From Candidatus Calescibacterium sp. (GTDB taxonomy: Bacteria > Calescibacteriota > Calescibacteriia > Calescibacteriales > Calescibacteriaceae): DNA of 58,829 nt. The stretch is taken from positions 1 through 58,829 of the forward strand of contig JAVVGL010000013.1 of NCBI GenBank assembly GCA_032249135.1, read 5' to 3'. Under the pieces are notes generated by a model. It had not been told where the DNA came from and searched no databases. It worked only from the letters and a program-made list of their open reading frames with translations. Within the stretch, counting starts at the first letter, position 1. Each line of letters opens with the position of its first letter. The translations under genes were made by a program, and so were the position numbers. Shown here piece by piece: positions 1-10,434 of the stretch.

Positions 1-244
1 TCCAGAGTAGATTTTTTGAAATATCCATTTTCTTACCAACTAAAAATTTAATCATCTCGAAAAAAAAAAAAGTCAAGATTTTGAACAATCTCCGGAAGCC
101 TTGTCAGATAAGGGGAAGAAAGCGATAGAAAATTGAAATTATAGATGGGGAGATTCAAGCCATTTTTAATAAATGTAGTTTTTAGATTAAAATAACAAAA
201 CGAAAAACTCCAAAAATAAATAAAAACTAAAATAGAACTGAAAA

Positions 245-3079
245 ATGAAAACACACCATTCAAAATCTTCAAAGAGAATTTTTTTCTGGAAACTCAAATT
301 ATCTTTCATGCTCCCTCTGATTTCATTAATCGTCACAACTTTACATTGCTCAAATAAAGTCGGGAAAAATGAGAAAGAGAAAAAAGTTTTAGTTGTAGCT
401 ATGGAAGATGCTCCATCAACTTTATATCCTCCACTTGCAAGATCTGCCTACTCATTCCGAGCAGTAGAACTTATTCACAGAGGACTTTTCAAATTTGATG
501 AAAATCTCAACCCAATCCCTGATCTCGCAGAAGAAGTAAAAATAGAAAATTTAGATGAAGAAAAAAAACGAAAAATCGCTCTGACGATAAAAATAAAAGG
601 CGCAAAAACATGCTCGGGAGAAAAAATATCAGGAGATTTAGTTAAAAACTCACTTGAAGAATACAAAAGATGGGGAAAATTTGATTACATAGAAAAAATT
701 GAAGCAGAAAACGATAAAGTTAAACTAATATTATCAAGACCTTATTCTTCGGTTTTTTACGACCTTGCTGTTCCTATATTCCCCAAAAATTTCACAGATT
801 GTACAGGTCTTTTCAAAGTAAAAAAATTCATTCCAGAAAACATAACAGAACTCGAATCACAAGACGGGAAACTCAAAGTAATAATAAAAGGAGTAAAAAA
901 CGATATAACTCGGGTTCTTGAACTTGAGAAAGGAGATATAGATATCGTTGTAAACGCAATTCCGCCTCACCTTATAGATTATGTCAAAAGCCTGAAAAAT
1001 GTTCATCTTCTGGTCTCACCCGGAATAAATATAACCTACATCGCCTTTAACCTAAAAAATGACATACTCAAAAATAAAAATGTAAGATTAGCAATAGCTC
1101 ATGCAATACCAAAAGAGGAAATAATAGAAAATATACTTCAAAATCAAGCCGAACCAATTTTCTCTTTCATCCCAAAAAGATCAGAATTTTATTTTGAAGA
1201 CAAAAAAATAGAGTATAATCCAAAATTAGCAGAAAAAATTTTGGATGAATCAGGTTTCAAAAAAAACGAAAACGGAATAAGATTTGAACTCACATGGAAA
1301 ACTTCAACTGTAAAATATGCGATAAGAAACGTAAAGGCTATCGCAAGCTATCTTGAAAAAATAGGAATAAAAATAAACATCGCCCAAAGAGAATTTTCAA
1401 CCCTGATTTACGAAATAAACAAAGGTAATTTTGATTTATTTTCTCTTAACCTTGTTGGGGTAAAAGATCCACAAATTCTGAAAGATATCGCACACAGCAA
1501 AAAAATACCACCATACGGACTCAACAGAGTTTTCTTCTCAAATCCTACTTTTGACGAAATAGTAGAAAAAATAGAAGAGGAAATTGATAAAGAAAAAAGA
1601 AAAGAACTTGTGATATTGGCTCAAAAAATCATTCAAGAAGAACTACCCTACTTACCACTATGGCAAGTGAAAGATATAATAGCAATAAGAGAAGATAAAA
1701 TCCCACAGGAAAAAATAAGTAAAATAAAAATCACTCCGGGCGGAAGCCTTCTCTTTCTATCTTATCTTCTGCAAAATAAAATTTATCCTGAAACCCAAAG
1801 CAAAACAAAAAACGAAGACGAAAGAAACCGTGATCTACTCAACCACAACAACAAAACACCTCCCGAAAATAACAAAATATATCTTGAAGAGTTTCCAGAA
1901 GGCAGAAAGTTAAAATTAAGATTTACAAATCCTGTATTTTTTACAGAAAATCCTATTCACAAAGGTATATTTTATGTCATAGAACAACCTGGGACAGTAA
2001 AGTATATATACGAAGGAAAAGTAGGAATTTTTTTAGATATAAAAGATAGGGTTGATTTCGGCGGAGAGAAAGGACTACTCGGATTAGCTTTCTCGCCAGA
2101 ATTTGGAAAAAACGGAAGGGTTTATGTATCTTATGTAGATAAATTCGGAAACTCAGTAATCTCATATTTTATCTCAGAAGACAGAAAATTTAAAGTAGAT
2201 CATAAAAAAGAGTTCATCGTAATTAAAGTCAAACAACCTCCTTTCCCTAATCACAAGGGAGGTATGATAGCTTTTGGAGAAGATAAAATGCTATATATAA
2301 GTTTGGGAGATGGAGGGGGAGCAGGAGATCCTCTTGATAACTCACAAAATACAAAAAATCTTCTTGGGAAAATTCTCAGAATAGACCCTGAACCAAAAAC
2401 AAAATTACCCAAAAACATAACTTACTTGATACCAAAAGATAATCCCTTTTACGGGGATGTAATGTGTGGAATTGAAAAAAATAAAAAACCAAAATCCGGA
2501 TGTGCCGAAATATTCGCGTGGGGATTAAGGAACACTTGGAGGTTCAGCTTTGACAGAAAAACAGGAATCATCTGGGCAGGAGATGTGGGACAAGACAGAT
2601 GGGAGGAGATAAACATAATTCAAAAAGGTAAAAACTATGGATGGAGATGTTTTGAAGGTTTTGAACCTTTCAACCTCAAAAACTGCAAAAAAGAGAATTA
2701 TCTTGACGAATATCAATTCCCAATTACAGTATATCCTATATCAAAAGTTCAAGATTGTGCCGTAATCGGGGGATATGTTTATAGAGGTTCAAAAATAAAA
2801 CCACTTTATGGAAAGTACATTTTCGGTGATTGGTGCTCTGGGAAAATCAGAGTATTAGACGCAGACAAATTATACCAAGATTATAAAAACGAACTTTTAT
2901 CAGATAATCAGAAAAAGAATATCGTTTTCCAAAATGTTAAAACAGAAACTTTGATTGATACAGATTTTATGATATCTTCATTTGGTGAAGATAATGAAGG
3001 TGAAATTTATGTTTTAGACCACAAAGGAGGTAAAATCTACAAAATCAAAATTTTTCTCTATTCTAGTTCAGAACTATGA
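245..3079 (+). CDS. Lipoprotein fusion: family 5 ABC solute-binding protein (N-term) + PQQ-dependent glucose/sorbosone dehydrogenase beta-propeller (C-term)
   Basis: Lipobox-like LIVTTLHC; SBP_bac_5 motifs (GLFKFDENLNPIPDLAE, NVRLAIAHAI, QEELPYLPLW); GSDH motifs (GEKGLLGLAFSPEF, NHKGGMIAFG, LGDGG, GLRNTWRFSFD, DVGQDRWEEIN, SSFGEDNEGEIY). Confidence 0.85.
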   Translation: MKTHHSKSSKRIFFWKLKLSFMLPLISLIVTTLHCSNKVGKNEKEKKVLVVAMEDAPSTLYPPLARSAYSFRAVELIHRGLFKFDENLNPIPDLAEEVKIENLDEEKKRKIALTIKIKGAKTCSGEKISGDLVKNSLEEYKRWGKFDYIEKIEAENDKVKLILSRPYSSVFYDLAVPIFPKNFTDCTGLFKVKKFIPENITELESQDGKLKVIIKGVKNDITRVLELEKGDIDIVVNAIPPHLIDYVKSLKNVHLLVSPGINITYIAFNLKNDILKNKNVRLAIAHAIPKEEIIENILQNQAEPIFSFIPKRSEFYFEDKKIEYNPKLAEKILDESGFKKNENGIRFELTWKTSTVKYAIRNVKAIASYLEKIGIKINIAQREFSTLIYEINKGNFDLFSLNLVGVKDPQILKDIAHSKKIPPYGLNRVFFSNPTFDEIVEKIEEEIDKEKRKELVILAQKIIQEELPYLPLWQVKDIIAIREDKIPQEKISKIKITPGGSLLFLSYLLQNKIYPETQSKTKNEDERNRDLLNHNNKTPPENNKIYLEEFPEGRKLKLRFTNPVFFTENPIHKGIFYVIEQPGTVKYIYEGKVGIFLDIKDRVDFGGEKGLLGLAFSPEFGKNGRVYVSYVDKFGNSVISYFISEDRKFKVDHKKEFIVIKVKQPPFPNHKGGMIAFGEDKMLYISLGDGGGAGDPLDNSQNTKNLLGKILRIDPEPKTKLPKNITYLIPKDNPFYGDVMCGIEKNKKPKSGCAEIFAWGLRNTWRFSFDRKTGIIWAGDVGQDRWEEINIIQKGKNYGWRCFEGFEPFNLKNCKKENYLDEYQFPITVYPISKVQDCAVIGGYVYRGSKIKPLYGKYIFGDWCSGKIRVLDADKLYQDYKNELLSDNQKKNIVFQNVKTETLIDTDFMISSFGEDNEGEIYVLDHKGGKIYKIKIFLYSSSEL

Positions 3080-3144
3080 TGTTAAACCTTTCAGAAGTTT
3101 CAAATCTTAAATTTAAAATAAAAAGATTTAAAATATCCATATAT

Positions 3145-3904
3145 ATGAATGAACTAATAAGAAAATCATTAAATGTGATCAGGAATGAGGGGATAATTTC
3201 TTTTATTCGTAGGGTAAACTATCACATAATAGGAGCGATCCTGACTCCCTATTTTATTAATAAATTAAAGCGAGAAACCTCCAAAATAAGCAAGCTCGAG
3301 GATTTGGTAGATCTCGCTTTTAACTTTAAGATAGAAAGATATAATTATTCTTCCAGGTCAAATTAAAGAAGAAGTATTAGAGTTATTAAAAATTCTGGAG
3401 AAAATTAAACCAAAAACAATCCTTGAAATAGGAACAGCTCACGGAGGCACTTTATTTCTTCTTTCACAAGTCGAAGATGATAATGCAACAATTATAAGCA
3501 TTGATTTACCTTGGAGTAAATTAGGCTATCCGATATGGAAAGTACCTGTATATAAATCCTTTGCTAAAAGTAATCAGAAAATTCACCTCATCAGATCAGA
3601 TTCTCACAGTGAAAAAACATTAGAGAAAGTTAAAAGCATTTTAGGTAATAGAAAAATTGAATTCCTTTTCATAGATGGAGACCATAGTTACGAGGGAGTA
3701 AGAATGGATTTTGAAATGTATAGCAAACTTGTGAGAGAGAATGGTGGGATTATAGGTCTGCATGATATTGTTCCCGGTTCAAAGGGATTGGTAGGAGGTG
3801 TGCCAAAATTCTGGGAAGAAGTAAAAAATAAATACAAAAAAAGTATTGAAATTGTAAAAGATTGGAAGCAAGGTGGATATGGAATAGGTTTAATTTTTCT
3901 CTAA
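3145..3904 (+). pseudogene. Class I SAM-dependent methyltransferase (Methyltransf_24-like), frameshifted near 3334
   Basis: Frame from ATG 3145 stops at 3366. The +1 frame from 3335 is open to 3904 and reads KTILEIGTAHGGT, FLFIDGDHSYEGV, GGIIGLHDI. May be a sequencing indel. Confidence 0.75.
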
Positions 3905-4779
3905 AGATTAGGTTGTGAAGTCAAAGGCTCAGAATAATCAGAAGAGAAGCTTTCCTCATAAAGAATATTTTTTTCTCGCATTTTGAGAAATTCAAAAATA
4001 GCATCTGCTACTGACTGAGAAAATAGAGGTGAAAAATGACCAGCAGATTCTAACTCAAATTTTCCCGCACCATCTATAAAAGAACTTTCATAAGGTATAG
4101 TTAGCTGATCATACTCTGCTCCAACACAGAAATATAAAGAAGGATTTTTTACTTCATGATATTTTTCTACAAATTCCGAACCTGGTACCATCTCCAATGC
4201 ATTCTTACCAATTCCAAAGACTGCAATTTTTGTCCCCCGATGCGGAGAACATATAGTAACACACCCCTGAACATCTAACCCAAAAACTTCTTTATTTTCT
4301 GCAATATACTTTGCCACAAGTCCTCCCAATGAATGTCCAATAATAAAAACCTCTTTACTTTCTATCGCTAAACTTTCAAGAATTTCTTTTATTATCCTGG
4401 CACAATTTGAAGCTATATCATCTATGCTACCTGTAAATGGACCTGGATTTATAACATATATGTTTTCAAACCCTCTATTTCTCAACATGTAGAAAAGAAA
4501 AAAAACGGATGCTCTGTTTAAAAAATATCCGGGTATTATGAAAGTAGGGATTTTGACTCCGCCGAGCTTTCTTGGTATGTAATTTTCATACGGAAAAAAA
4601 CCGAAGATCCAACTTAAAAAAAGGTAAATATAAGCTAAAAATTCTTTAAGAAAAGAAAAAAAAAGCTTTCTCGGATCTAATCTATAATGAGCATTTAATC
4701 TCTCATAAACAAAGATAGTATATGATATTGCTGTAAGAAAAAAAGATAAAAAGATTACAACCTTCAAAATAAACCACAT
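3901..4779 (-). CDS. Membrane-anchored alpha/beta hydrolase (lipase/esterase)
   Basis: N-terminal TM helices, GHSLGG nucleophile elbow, SPHRGT, Asp (YDQL), His (AGHF). Confidence 0.8.
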   Translation of the reverse strand: MWFILKVVIFLSFFLTAISYTIFVYERLNAHYRLDPRKLFFSFLKEFLAYIYLFLSWIFGFFPYENYIPRKLGGVKIPTFIIPGYFLNRASVFFLFYMLRNRGFENIYVINPGPFTGSIDDIASNCARIIKEILESLAIESKEVFIIGHSLGGLVAKYIAENKEVFGLDVQGCVTICSPHRGTKIAVFGIGKNALEMVPGSEFVEKYHEVKNPSLYFCVGAEYDQLTIPYESSFIDGAGKFELESAGHFSPLFSQSVADAIFEFLKMREKNILYEESFSSDYSEPLTSQPNL

Positions 4780-4846
4780 ATCAAATATAATTTAAGAACT
4801 AGGAAAGTAAAATTAGCTCTTATTTGCAGATTTACCTTTAAGATTA

Positions 4847-5824
4847 TCACTTACTTGCAGATTTACTTTGCTCTTTATTGAGTTTTCTTGCAGAATGAAT
4901 AGCCATAAGTGCTACCCAATTACTTGCTCTCACCGCATATTCTTCAAGAGTAGCAACAAGATTATTAGCTCTTGACGATATTATAGCAAACAAAATAACA
5001 CCTGTTATAGCTGCAATAAGTCCAAAAGCTGTTGAATGCATGACGATAGCAATTGATTTTGAAAGATATATTTGTCTTTGAGCCGGATCCATTGCCCCAA
5101 CTCCCGAGAAAGCTTCTATAAGACCTACAACTGCACCAAGCAATCCCAATAGCACAGCAGTATTAGCAAATATATGGATAAGTGGTACCCTTCTTTGAAT
5201 TTTGGGAACAAACCTCAAAAACTCCTCTTCCACTGCAGAACTTACAAGTTCTTTTATTTCTTCCTCATTTATATTTGAAGGATTACCTTCTTTGACAACC
5301 CTCAAAGCAGAATACATAATGGCGCCTATTGGTAGGTTAGAGTTCTGTTTTGCAACTTCTAACGCTCTATCTAATCCGCCCTCTTCAAAGGCAGCTTTTA
5401 CCTCATCAAAAGTTTTAGCAGGATTTTTACCATAAACAAAATAAATAGCTATTATTCTTTCAATTGAAAAAGCAAGTATAACAAGGAAAAAGAGCAAAAT
5501 AAAATGCATCGGCCAATCCCCAACCTTATAAGCTTCTATGAGTTTAGCGATAAGACCCTTTTCCTCTTTCTTTTCCCCTGCTTCTTTCTTTTCTTCTCCT
5601 GCCTCAGCTTTCCCACCTCCCTGAACAGCACCACCGGGAGGAGTAATTCCCTGCGTAGTCTCAGGAGAAGCGCCCCCTTGTTGTTCCACCGAGGGAATTG
5701 CTCCTTGTGGTCCTTGGGTTCCTTCCTGAGAGAATGAACTCACAACAAATACCCCTAAAACCAAAACCAAAGAAATAAAAGATAATAATAATATTTCTTT
5801 TTTTCTAATTTTTATTCCCCCCAT
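4847..5824 (-). CDS. MotA/TolQ/ExbB proton-channel family protein
   Basis: LLGLLGAVVGLIEAF and STAFGLIAAI TM helices, SIERI motif, N-terminal signal plus low-complexity linker, GGAGG RBS upstream. Confidence 0.85.
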   Translation of the reverse strand: MGGIKIRKKEILLLSFISLVLVLGVFVVSSFSQEGTQGPQGAIPSVEQQGGASPETTQGITPPGGAVQGGGKAEAGEEKKEAGEKKEEKGLIAKLIEAYKVGDWPMHFILLFFLVILAFSIERIIAIYFVYGKNPAKTFDEVKAAFEEGGLDRALEVAKQNSNLPIGAIMYSALRVVKEGNPSNINEEEIKELVSSAVEEEFLRFVPKIQRRVPLIHIFANTAVLLGLLGAVVGLIEAFSGVGAMDPAQRQIYLSKSIAIVMHSTAFGLIAAITGVILFAIISSRANNLVATLEEYAVRASNWVALMAIHSARKLNKEQSKSASK

Positions 5825-5986
5825 ATCAGAAACCTCCTTTTCTTATTTTTTTTATTTTCCTTAGATTTCTATATTTTTTTCAAAAATATATAGTTTAAGT
5901 TTTTTTCAAATTTTTCCCAAAATTTTTTTCTCAACAAAAATTCGGTAATCTCAAAACAGAAAAACTCACAAGAATCAAACCTTACA

Positions 5987-6850
5987 TCATTTTGTTAGCT
6001 CCGATATTATCATCTCTATTAATTTTATTGATGCGATGAAAATGACAACGAAACCAAATATTTTTTTTATTATTTCTGCCGAAAACTTTCGCGCTCCCAA
6101 GAATGAACCGGCAAATGCTCCCAAAACAACAGGAAGAGAAAATTTTAAAATCGGTATTATATCCGGGCTTTGTTTAGTTATGTTTCCTAAAAGTCCGAAG
6201 ATTGAATTGAAAAATATAAATATTGCCCCCGTTGCCGAAGCTGATTTATAATCCATAATCCCAATCCAATAAACAATTGGTATGAGAAAGATTCCTCCAC
6301 CTATTCCTATCATCCCAGATATAAATCCTATTGCTGACGATAAGGGCAGAACCAAAATTATTTTTTTTATCTTTGATTTATCATCATCATAATGGTAATT
6401 TGATGTTTTCTGCTGATAATTTGATATTTTTTCCGTTCCGATTTTTGAGTCGCTCTTTCTATTATCTTTGTTTTTATTTCTTTCGTTTTCTTTCTCTTCC
6501 CTCTCAGATTTGAGCATCAAAAATCCAACTAAAAAAAGTGTTATGATAAGCAGTATATTGAAAGTCGTCTGGGAAATTTTCATTTTCCCCCCAAAAAAAG
6601 CAGCAGGTACCGATGCTATTAAAAAGAGTATTGAAGTTTTTTTAATGTATCCGCTTCTTATCCAGTTTATAGTTGATGTGAAAGTAGAAAGAACACTCAA
6701 AAAAAGAGCTGTCGGTGGTATATGTGTATGTTCCAGTTTCATTAATGAAAAATATGCAAGATATGCCGAAGCTCCTCCGAGACCGCTTGCAGAATAAAAA
6801 AATGAAGTTATAAAGAATACGAAAATCCATATAAAATCAATCATAGACAT
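5987..6850 (-). CDS. Sulfite exporter TauE/SafE family permease
   Basis: GLGGAS and GMIGIGGGIFLIP repeats, multiple TM helices. Confidence 0.85.
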   Translation of the reverse strand: MSMIDFIWIFVFFITSFFYSASGLGGASAYLAYFSLMKLEHTHIPPTALFLSVLSTFTSTINWIRSGYIKKTSILFLIASVPAAFFGGKMKISQTTFNILLIITLFLVGFLMLKSEREEKENERNKNKDNRKSDSKIGTEKISNYQQKTSNYHYDDDKSKIKKIILVLPLSSAIGFISGMIGIGGGIFLIPIVYWIGIMDYKSASATGAIFIFFNSIFGLLGNITKQSPDIIPILKFSLPVVLGAFAGSFLGARKFSAEIIKKIFGFVVIFIASIKLIEMIISELTK

Positions 6851-6953
6851 AACCGTATTAAAGTAAGATACTACAATCTATAGTTCTAAAATTTATAGTT
6901 CTACAAACTGAAAAAATAAAAATATACCAAATACGAGATTAAAATTGGATTTT

Positions 6954-8564
6954 ATGGGAGAAAAGATTTTTATATATGATACAACACTACGAGATGGAGC
7001 ACAAGGATTAGGTTCATCATGGACACTTGAGGATAAAGTAAATATAGCTCATTTGCTTGACGATTTCGGAATAGATTACATAGAAGGAGGATGGCCCGGT
7101 TCTAATCCAAAAGATGAAGATTTTTTCTCCATTATGAAAAATGTTAAGTTAAAACATGCAAAGCTTTGTGCTTTTGGCTCAACTTGCAGAGCAGGGAAAA
7201 AACCCGAAGATGACCCACAAGTTATAAAGCTCCTTGAAGCTCAAACCCAAGTTATCACAATATATGGAAAAACCTGGGACCTCCATGTAAAAAAAGTAAT
7301 AAAAACCACCCTTGAAGAAAATTTGAGAATGATAAAAGAAACTGTAAGATTTTTGAAAAAGGAAGGAAGAGAAGTAATTTTTGATGCCGAACATTTCTTT
7401 GACGGAGCAAGATTAAATAAAGAGTACGCTTTCAAATGTATAGAAAGCGCACTTGAAGGCGGAGCCGACTGGATTGTTCTGTGCGATACAAATGGAGGCT
7501 CGCTTCCGTGGTTTATAAGAGAAAAAATAGAAGAACTCAAAAGCGTGTTCGGAAATATAAAAATAGGAATACATGTTCATAATGACCTTGACCTTGCAGT
7601 AGCAAATTCAATAGAAGCTGTAAAAGCTGGAGCAAAGCAAGTTCAGGGAACAATAAATGGACTTGGCGAGCGATGCGGAAATGCAAACCTTACATCAATA
7701 ATCCCCATCCTAAAATTCAAAATGGGATACGATATATCTCCTGATACATCTAAACTCAAATTTGTTGCTGATTACATATGGGAACTTTCTAACATTTCAC
7801 CTCCGAGAAATCAACCTTTTGTTGGGGAATCTGCTTTCGCTCATAAGGGAGGAGTTCATATTGACGCTATGACAAAAGATATGAGCTCGTACGAACATAT
7901 GCCGCCGGAACTCGTCGGAAACAGAAGAAAAATAGTAATTTCAGACCTCGCAGGTAAAACGGCAATAAAGCTGAAATTAGAGGAACTGGGATTTGAACCA
8001 GATGATAATATAGCAGCAAAAATACTGAATAAAGTTAAATTTCTTGAAAAAGAAGGTTATGATTTTGAAATGGCTGATGCTTCACTGACGCTACTCATAT
8101 TAGATGAACTTGGCAAAAGACCAAAATTTTTCGACTTTGAAGGATTCACAGTCATCATTCACAGAACAGAAAATGAAAAAAGAAAAGAAGATATACACTG
8201 CCAAGCTATGGTGAAACTGCGTGTAAACGATGAATTAGAGCACACAGCAGCAGATGGAAATGGTCCGGTAAATGCTCTTGATAGAGCAGCAAGAAAAGCT
8301 CTTGAAAGGTTCTTCCCTGAAATAAAACAGATTGAACTTTCTGATTTCAGAGTTAGAGTTGTTTCTGGAAGCCAGGGAACAGGAGCGAAAGTCAGAGTAT
8401 TTGTTGAATCAAAAGATAAAAATTCTGATTTAAGATGGGGAACAGTCGGAGTGTCAGAGAACATAATTCAAGCTTCATGGAAAGCTCTATTAGAAAGCAT
8501 AGAATATAAACTTATATTATCAAGAACCAATATCATCCCACAAAAAAAGAAAAACGGCGAATAA
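6954..8564 (+). CDS. cimA: Citramalate synthase
   Basis: DTTLRDGAQG, IEGGWPGSNPKD, DAEHFFDG, HVHND, GERCGN, AFAHKGGVH, LeuA-type regulatory domain; ATG 6954 preferred over TTG 6945. Confidence 0.92.
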   Translation: MGEKIFIYDTTLRDGAQGLGSSWTLEDKVNIAHLLDDFGIDYIEGGWPGSNPKDEDFFSIMKNVKLKHAKLCAFGSTCRAGKKPEDDPQVIKLLEAQTQVITIYGKTWDLHVKKVIKTTLEENLRMIKETVRFLKKEGREVIFDAEHFFDGARLNKEYAFKCIESALEGGADWIVLCDTNGGSLPWFIREKIEELKSVFGNIKIGIHVHNDLDLAVANSIEAVKAGAKQVQGTINGLGERCGNANLTSIIPILKFKMGYDISPDTSKLKFVADYIWELSNISPPRNQPFVGESAFAHKGGVHIDAMTKDMSSYEHMPPELVGNRRKIVISDLAGKTAIKLKLEELGFEPDDNIAAKILNKVKFLEKEGYDFEMADASLTLLILDELGKRPKFFDFEGFTVIIHRTENEKRKEDIHCQAMVKLRVNDELEHTAADGNGPVNALDRAARKALERFFPEIKQIELSDFRVRVVSGSQGTGAKVRVFVESKDKNSDLRWGTVGVSENIIQASWKALLESIEYKLILSRTNIIPQKKKNGE

Positions 8565-8599
8565 AAATATAAGAAATTATAATTTTATAGCGCATAAAT

Positions 8600-9289
8600 T
8601 TAAACCTTTCTATAAAGTCTTAAAGCAATTTTATCAAAAAAGCTTATTACATCATCAACTCTTACTTTTTTGAGCATATTTAAAGGTATGAATTTCAGGT
8701 TTTTCAAAACTTCTAACCTTTGCTCTATCTCAAAAGCAGCACTTGGTGGATCATCAAATAGGGCTTCCTTTTTTATGCAAATTTTATAAATCTCATCAAA
8801 ATCCAAATTGAAGTTTTTCATAATAAAATAAAAATCTATCAAGTCCCTGATTTCTAACCTTGAAACAATAGCGCAAAGTTTATTACTTGCTATATTTTCG
8901 ATACAGTCAATAGTGAGTTTCCTTTTATTCTCAAATTCAAATGCATTTCTGACACAATTTATAGAAAGCTTATCAATTACAAAATCAACCCTCATATTGA
9001 AAATCTCATAAGATAAATAAAATTCAGAGGCGCTGACTATATTTGCATTGCTTGAAAATTTTAACTTTATCCAAAAGCTTAAATCACCTAAATTAACATC
9101 CGATGTTGTAAAAAAATCTAAATCTTCTGAGATTCTATGACCTAAGTAAAAGACAGAAAGAGCTGTTCCACCTGTCAAGAAAAATGATTTCTCAATAATC
9201 TCATTTTCCAGCAATTTCAGTAGTAGCTCTCTTTGTTCAGGAGATTTGTAAGCTTCTTTTATTTCAGCAACTCTAAAATTCTTTTCCAT
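8600..9289 (-). CDS. AbiEii/AbiGii-family nucleotidyltransferase toxin (type IV TA)
   Basis: LTGGTALSVFYLGHRISEDLDFF, NKLCAIVSR, RDLIDFY. Confidence 0.88.
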   Translation of the reverse strand: MEKNFRVAEIKEAYKSPEQRELLLKLLENEIIEKSFFLTGGTALSVFYLGHRISEDLDFFTTSDVNLGDLSFWIKLKFSSNANIVSASEFYLSYEIFNMRVDFVIDKLSINCVRNAFEFENKRKLTIDCIENIASNKLCAIVSRLEIRDLIDFYFIMKNFNLDFDEIYKICIKKEALFDDPPSAAFEIEQRLEVLKNLKFIPLNMLKKVRVDDVISFFDKIALRLYRKV

Positions 9290-9510
9290 TTCTTTTTTGA
9301 CCTTCCTGAAATTTTCAGCTTATCTATATTTTTCTCAATCTCTTCAAGAGAAAAAATTTTCAGAGTATCCACTACCCTCCCATATTCTAAAAATCTTGAC
9401 ATAATCCATAGATAAACGGATTCGTTATGTTTATTCTCTTTCAGAAATTTTAGAAGCTTATTTTCATCTTGAAATTCATCATAATCCCAAAATACTCTTT
9501 TCAAATTCAT
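9259..9510 (-). CDS. Small putative antitoxin (DUF6922-like) partner of AbiEii toxin
   Basis: VFWDYD ... IMSRFLEYG pattern; overlaps the toxin start by 31 nt. Confidence 0.7.
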   Translation of the reverse strand: MNLKRVFWDYDEFQDENKLLKFLKENKHNESVYLWIMSRFLEYGRVVDTLKIFSLEEIEKNIDKLKISGRSKKKWKRILELLK

Positions 9511-9513
9511 AAA

Positions 9514-10302
9514 TCAGATTACATCTTTTGCTGTTATCTTCTTTTCTTCAATTTTTAGTTTTTCTTCTTCAATTTTTACTCCTTTTTCTTTAAGTAATTT
9601 CTCATACCCTTTTTCTTCAAGCTCACTTGCCAAAGATTCATCACCAGATAAAACTATTTTTCCATCAAAAAGTATATGGACAAAATTTGGTTTCACATAG
9701 TTTAAAATTCTTGGATAATGAGTTATTATTATGATTATTTTTTCCTTCGTCATAAAATTTATTACGGCTGATGCAACAATTTTTAGAGAATCAACATCAA
9801 GTCCTGAATCTATCTCATCCAAAATAACAAGTTTAGGATTCAGCATTAACATTTGCAAGATTTCTGTTCTCTTTTTTTCTCCACCTGAAAAACCCTTGTT
9901 TATCTCTCTTTTTGCAAATTCTTCCGGAATTTTGAGCAAAGACAATTTTTCCTTGAACTCACGAGAGAAAGCTGAAAAATTTTTCTCACCCCCTGCTACT
10001 GTCCACAAAAATTTTCCAAGAGGAACACCGGGGATCTCTTGCGGATATTGAAAAGCAAGAAAAATCCCTTTTTTTGCTCTCTCATGAGTTTTGAGGTTAT
10101 TTATTTCTTCACCTTCAAAGGTAATCCTTCCACTTTCTATTTTGTATCTTGGATGTCCCATTATTGTAAAAGCAAGAGATGTTTTTCCAGAGCCATTTGG
10201 TCCCATCACAGCGTGTATCTCTCCGCCCCGAGCAACAAGATTTATACCTTTTAGAACCAATTTCCCCTCCACAGAGACATTTAAATTTTCTATTTCAAGC
10301 AT
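9514..10302 (-). CDS. sufC: Fe-S cluster assembly ATPase SufC
   Basis: GPNGSGKT, LAFQYPQEIPGV, FSGGEKKR, LDEIDSGLDVD, ITHY. Confidence 0.93.
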   Translation of the reverse strand: MLEIENLNVSVEGKLVLKGINLVARGGEIHAVMGPNGSGKTSLAFTIMGHPRYKIESGRITFEGEEINNLKTHERAKKGIFLAFQYPQEIPGVPLGKFLWTVAGGEKNFSAFSREFKEKLSLLKIPEEFAKREINKGFSGGEKKRTEILQMLMLNPKLVILDEIDSGLDVDSLKIVASAVINFMTKEKIIIIITHYPRILNYVKPNFVHILFDGKIVLSGDESLASELEEKGYEKLLKEKGVKIEEEKLKIEEKKITAKDVI

Positions 10303-10434
10303 ATGAATAATCCTTCTTACTCAAAAATTGATTATCCTTTTAAATTTGTACACAAAATTATCTTTTTCACTATTTCCTAATTTTAATTTTTGAATATCTC
10401 AAAATAGAAAAACTGCCGATAAATCATTTCATTT

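Noticed and set aside
1-28. Possible gene start on the minus strand (MDISKNLLW...)
   Set aside because: Only nine codons are visible; cannot be supported
6879-6903. Direct repeat TATAGTTCTA x2 in the tauE/cimA divergent region
   Set aside because: 10-nt AT-rich repeat with no second occurrence noticed; could be chance
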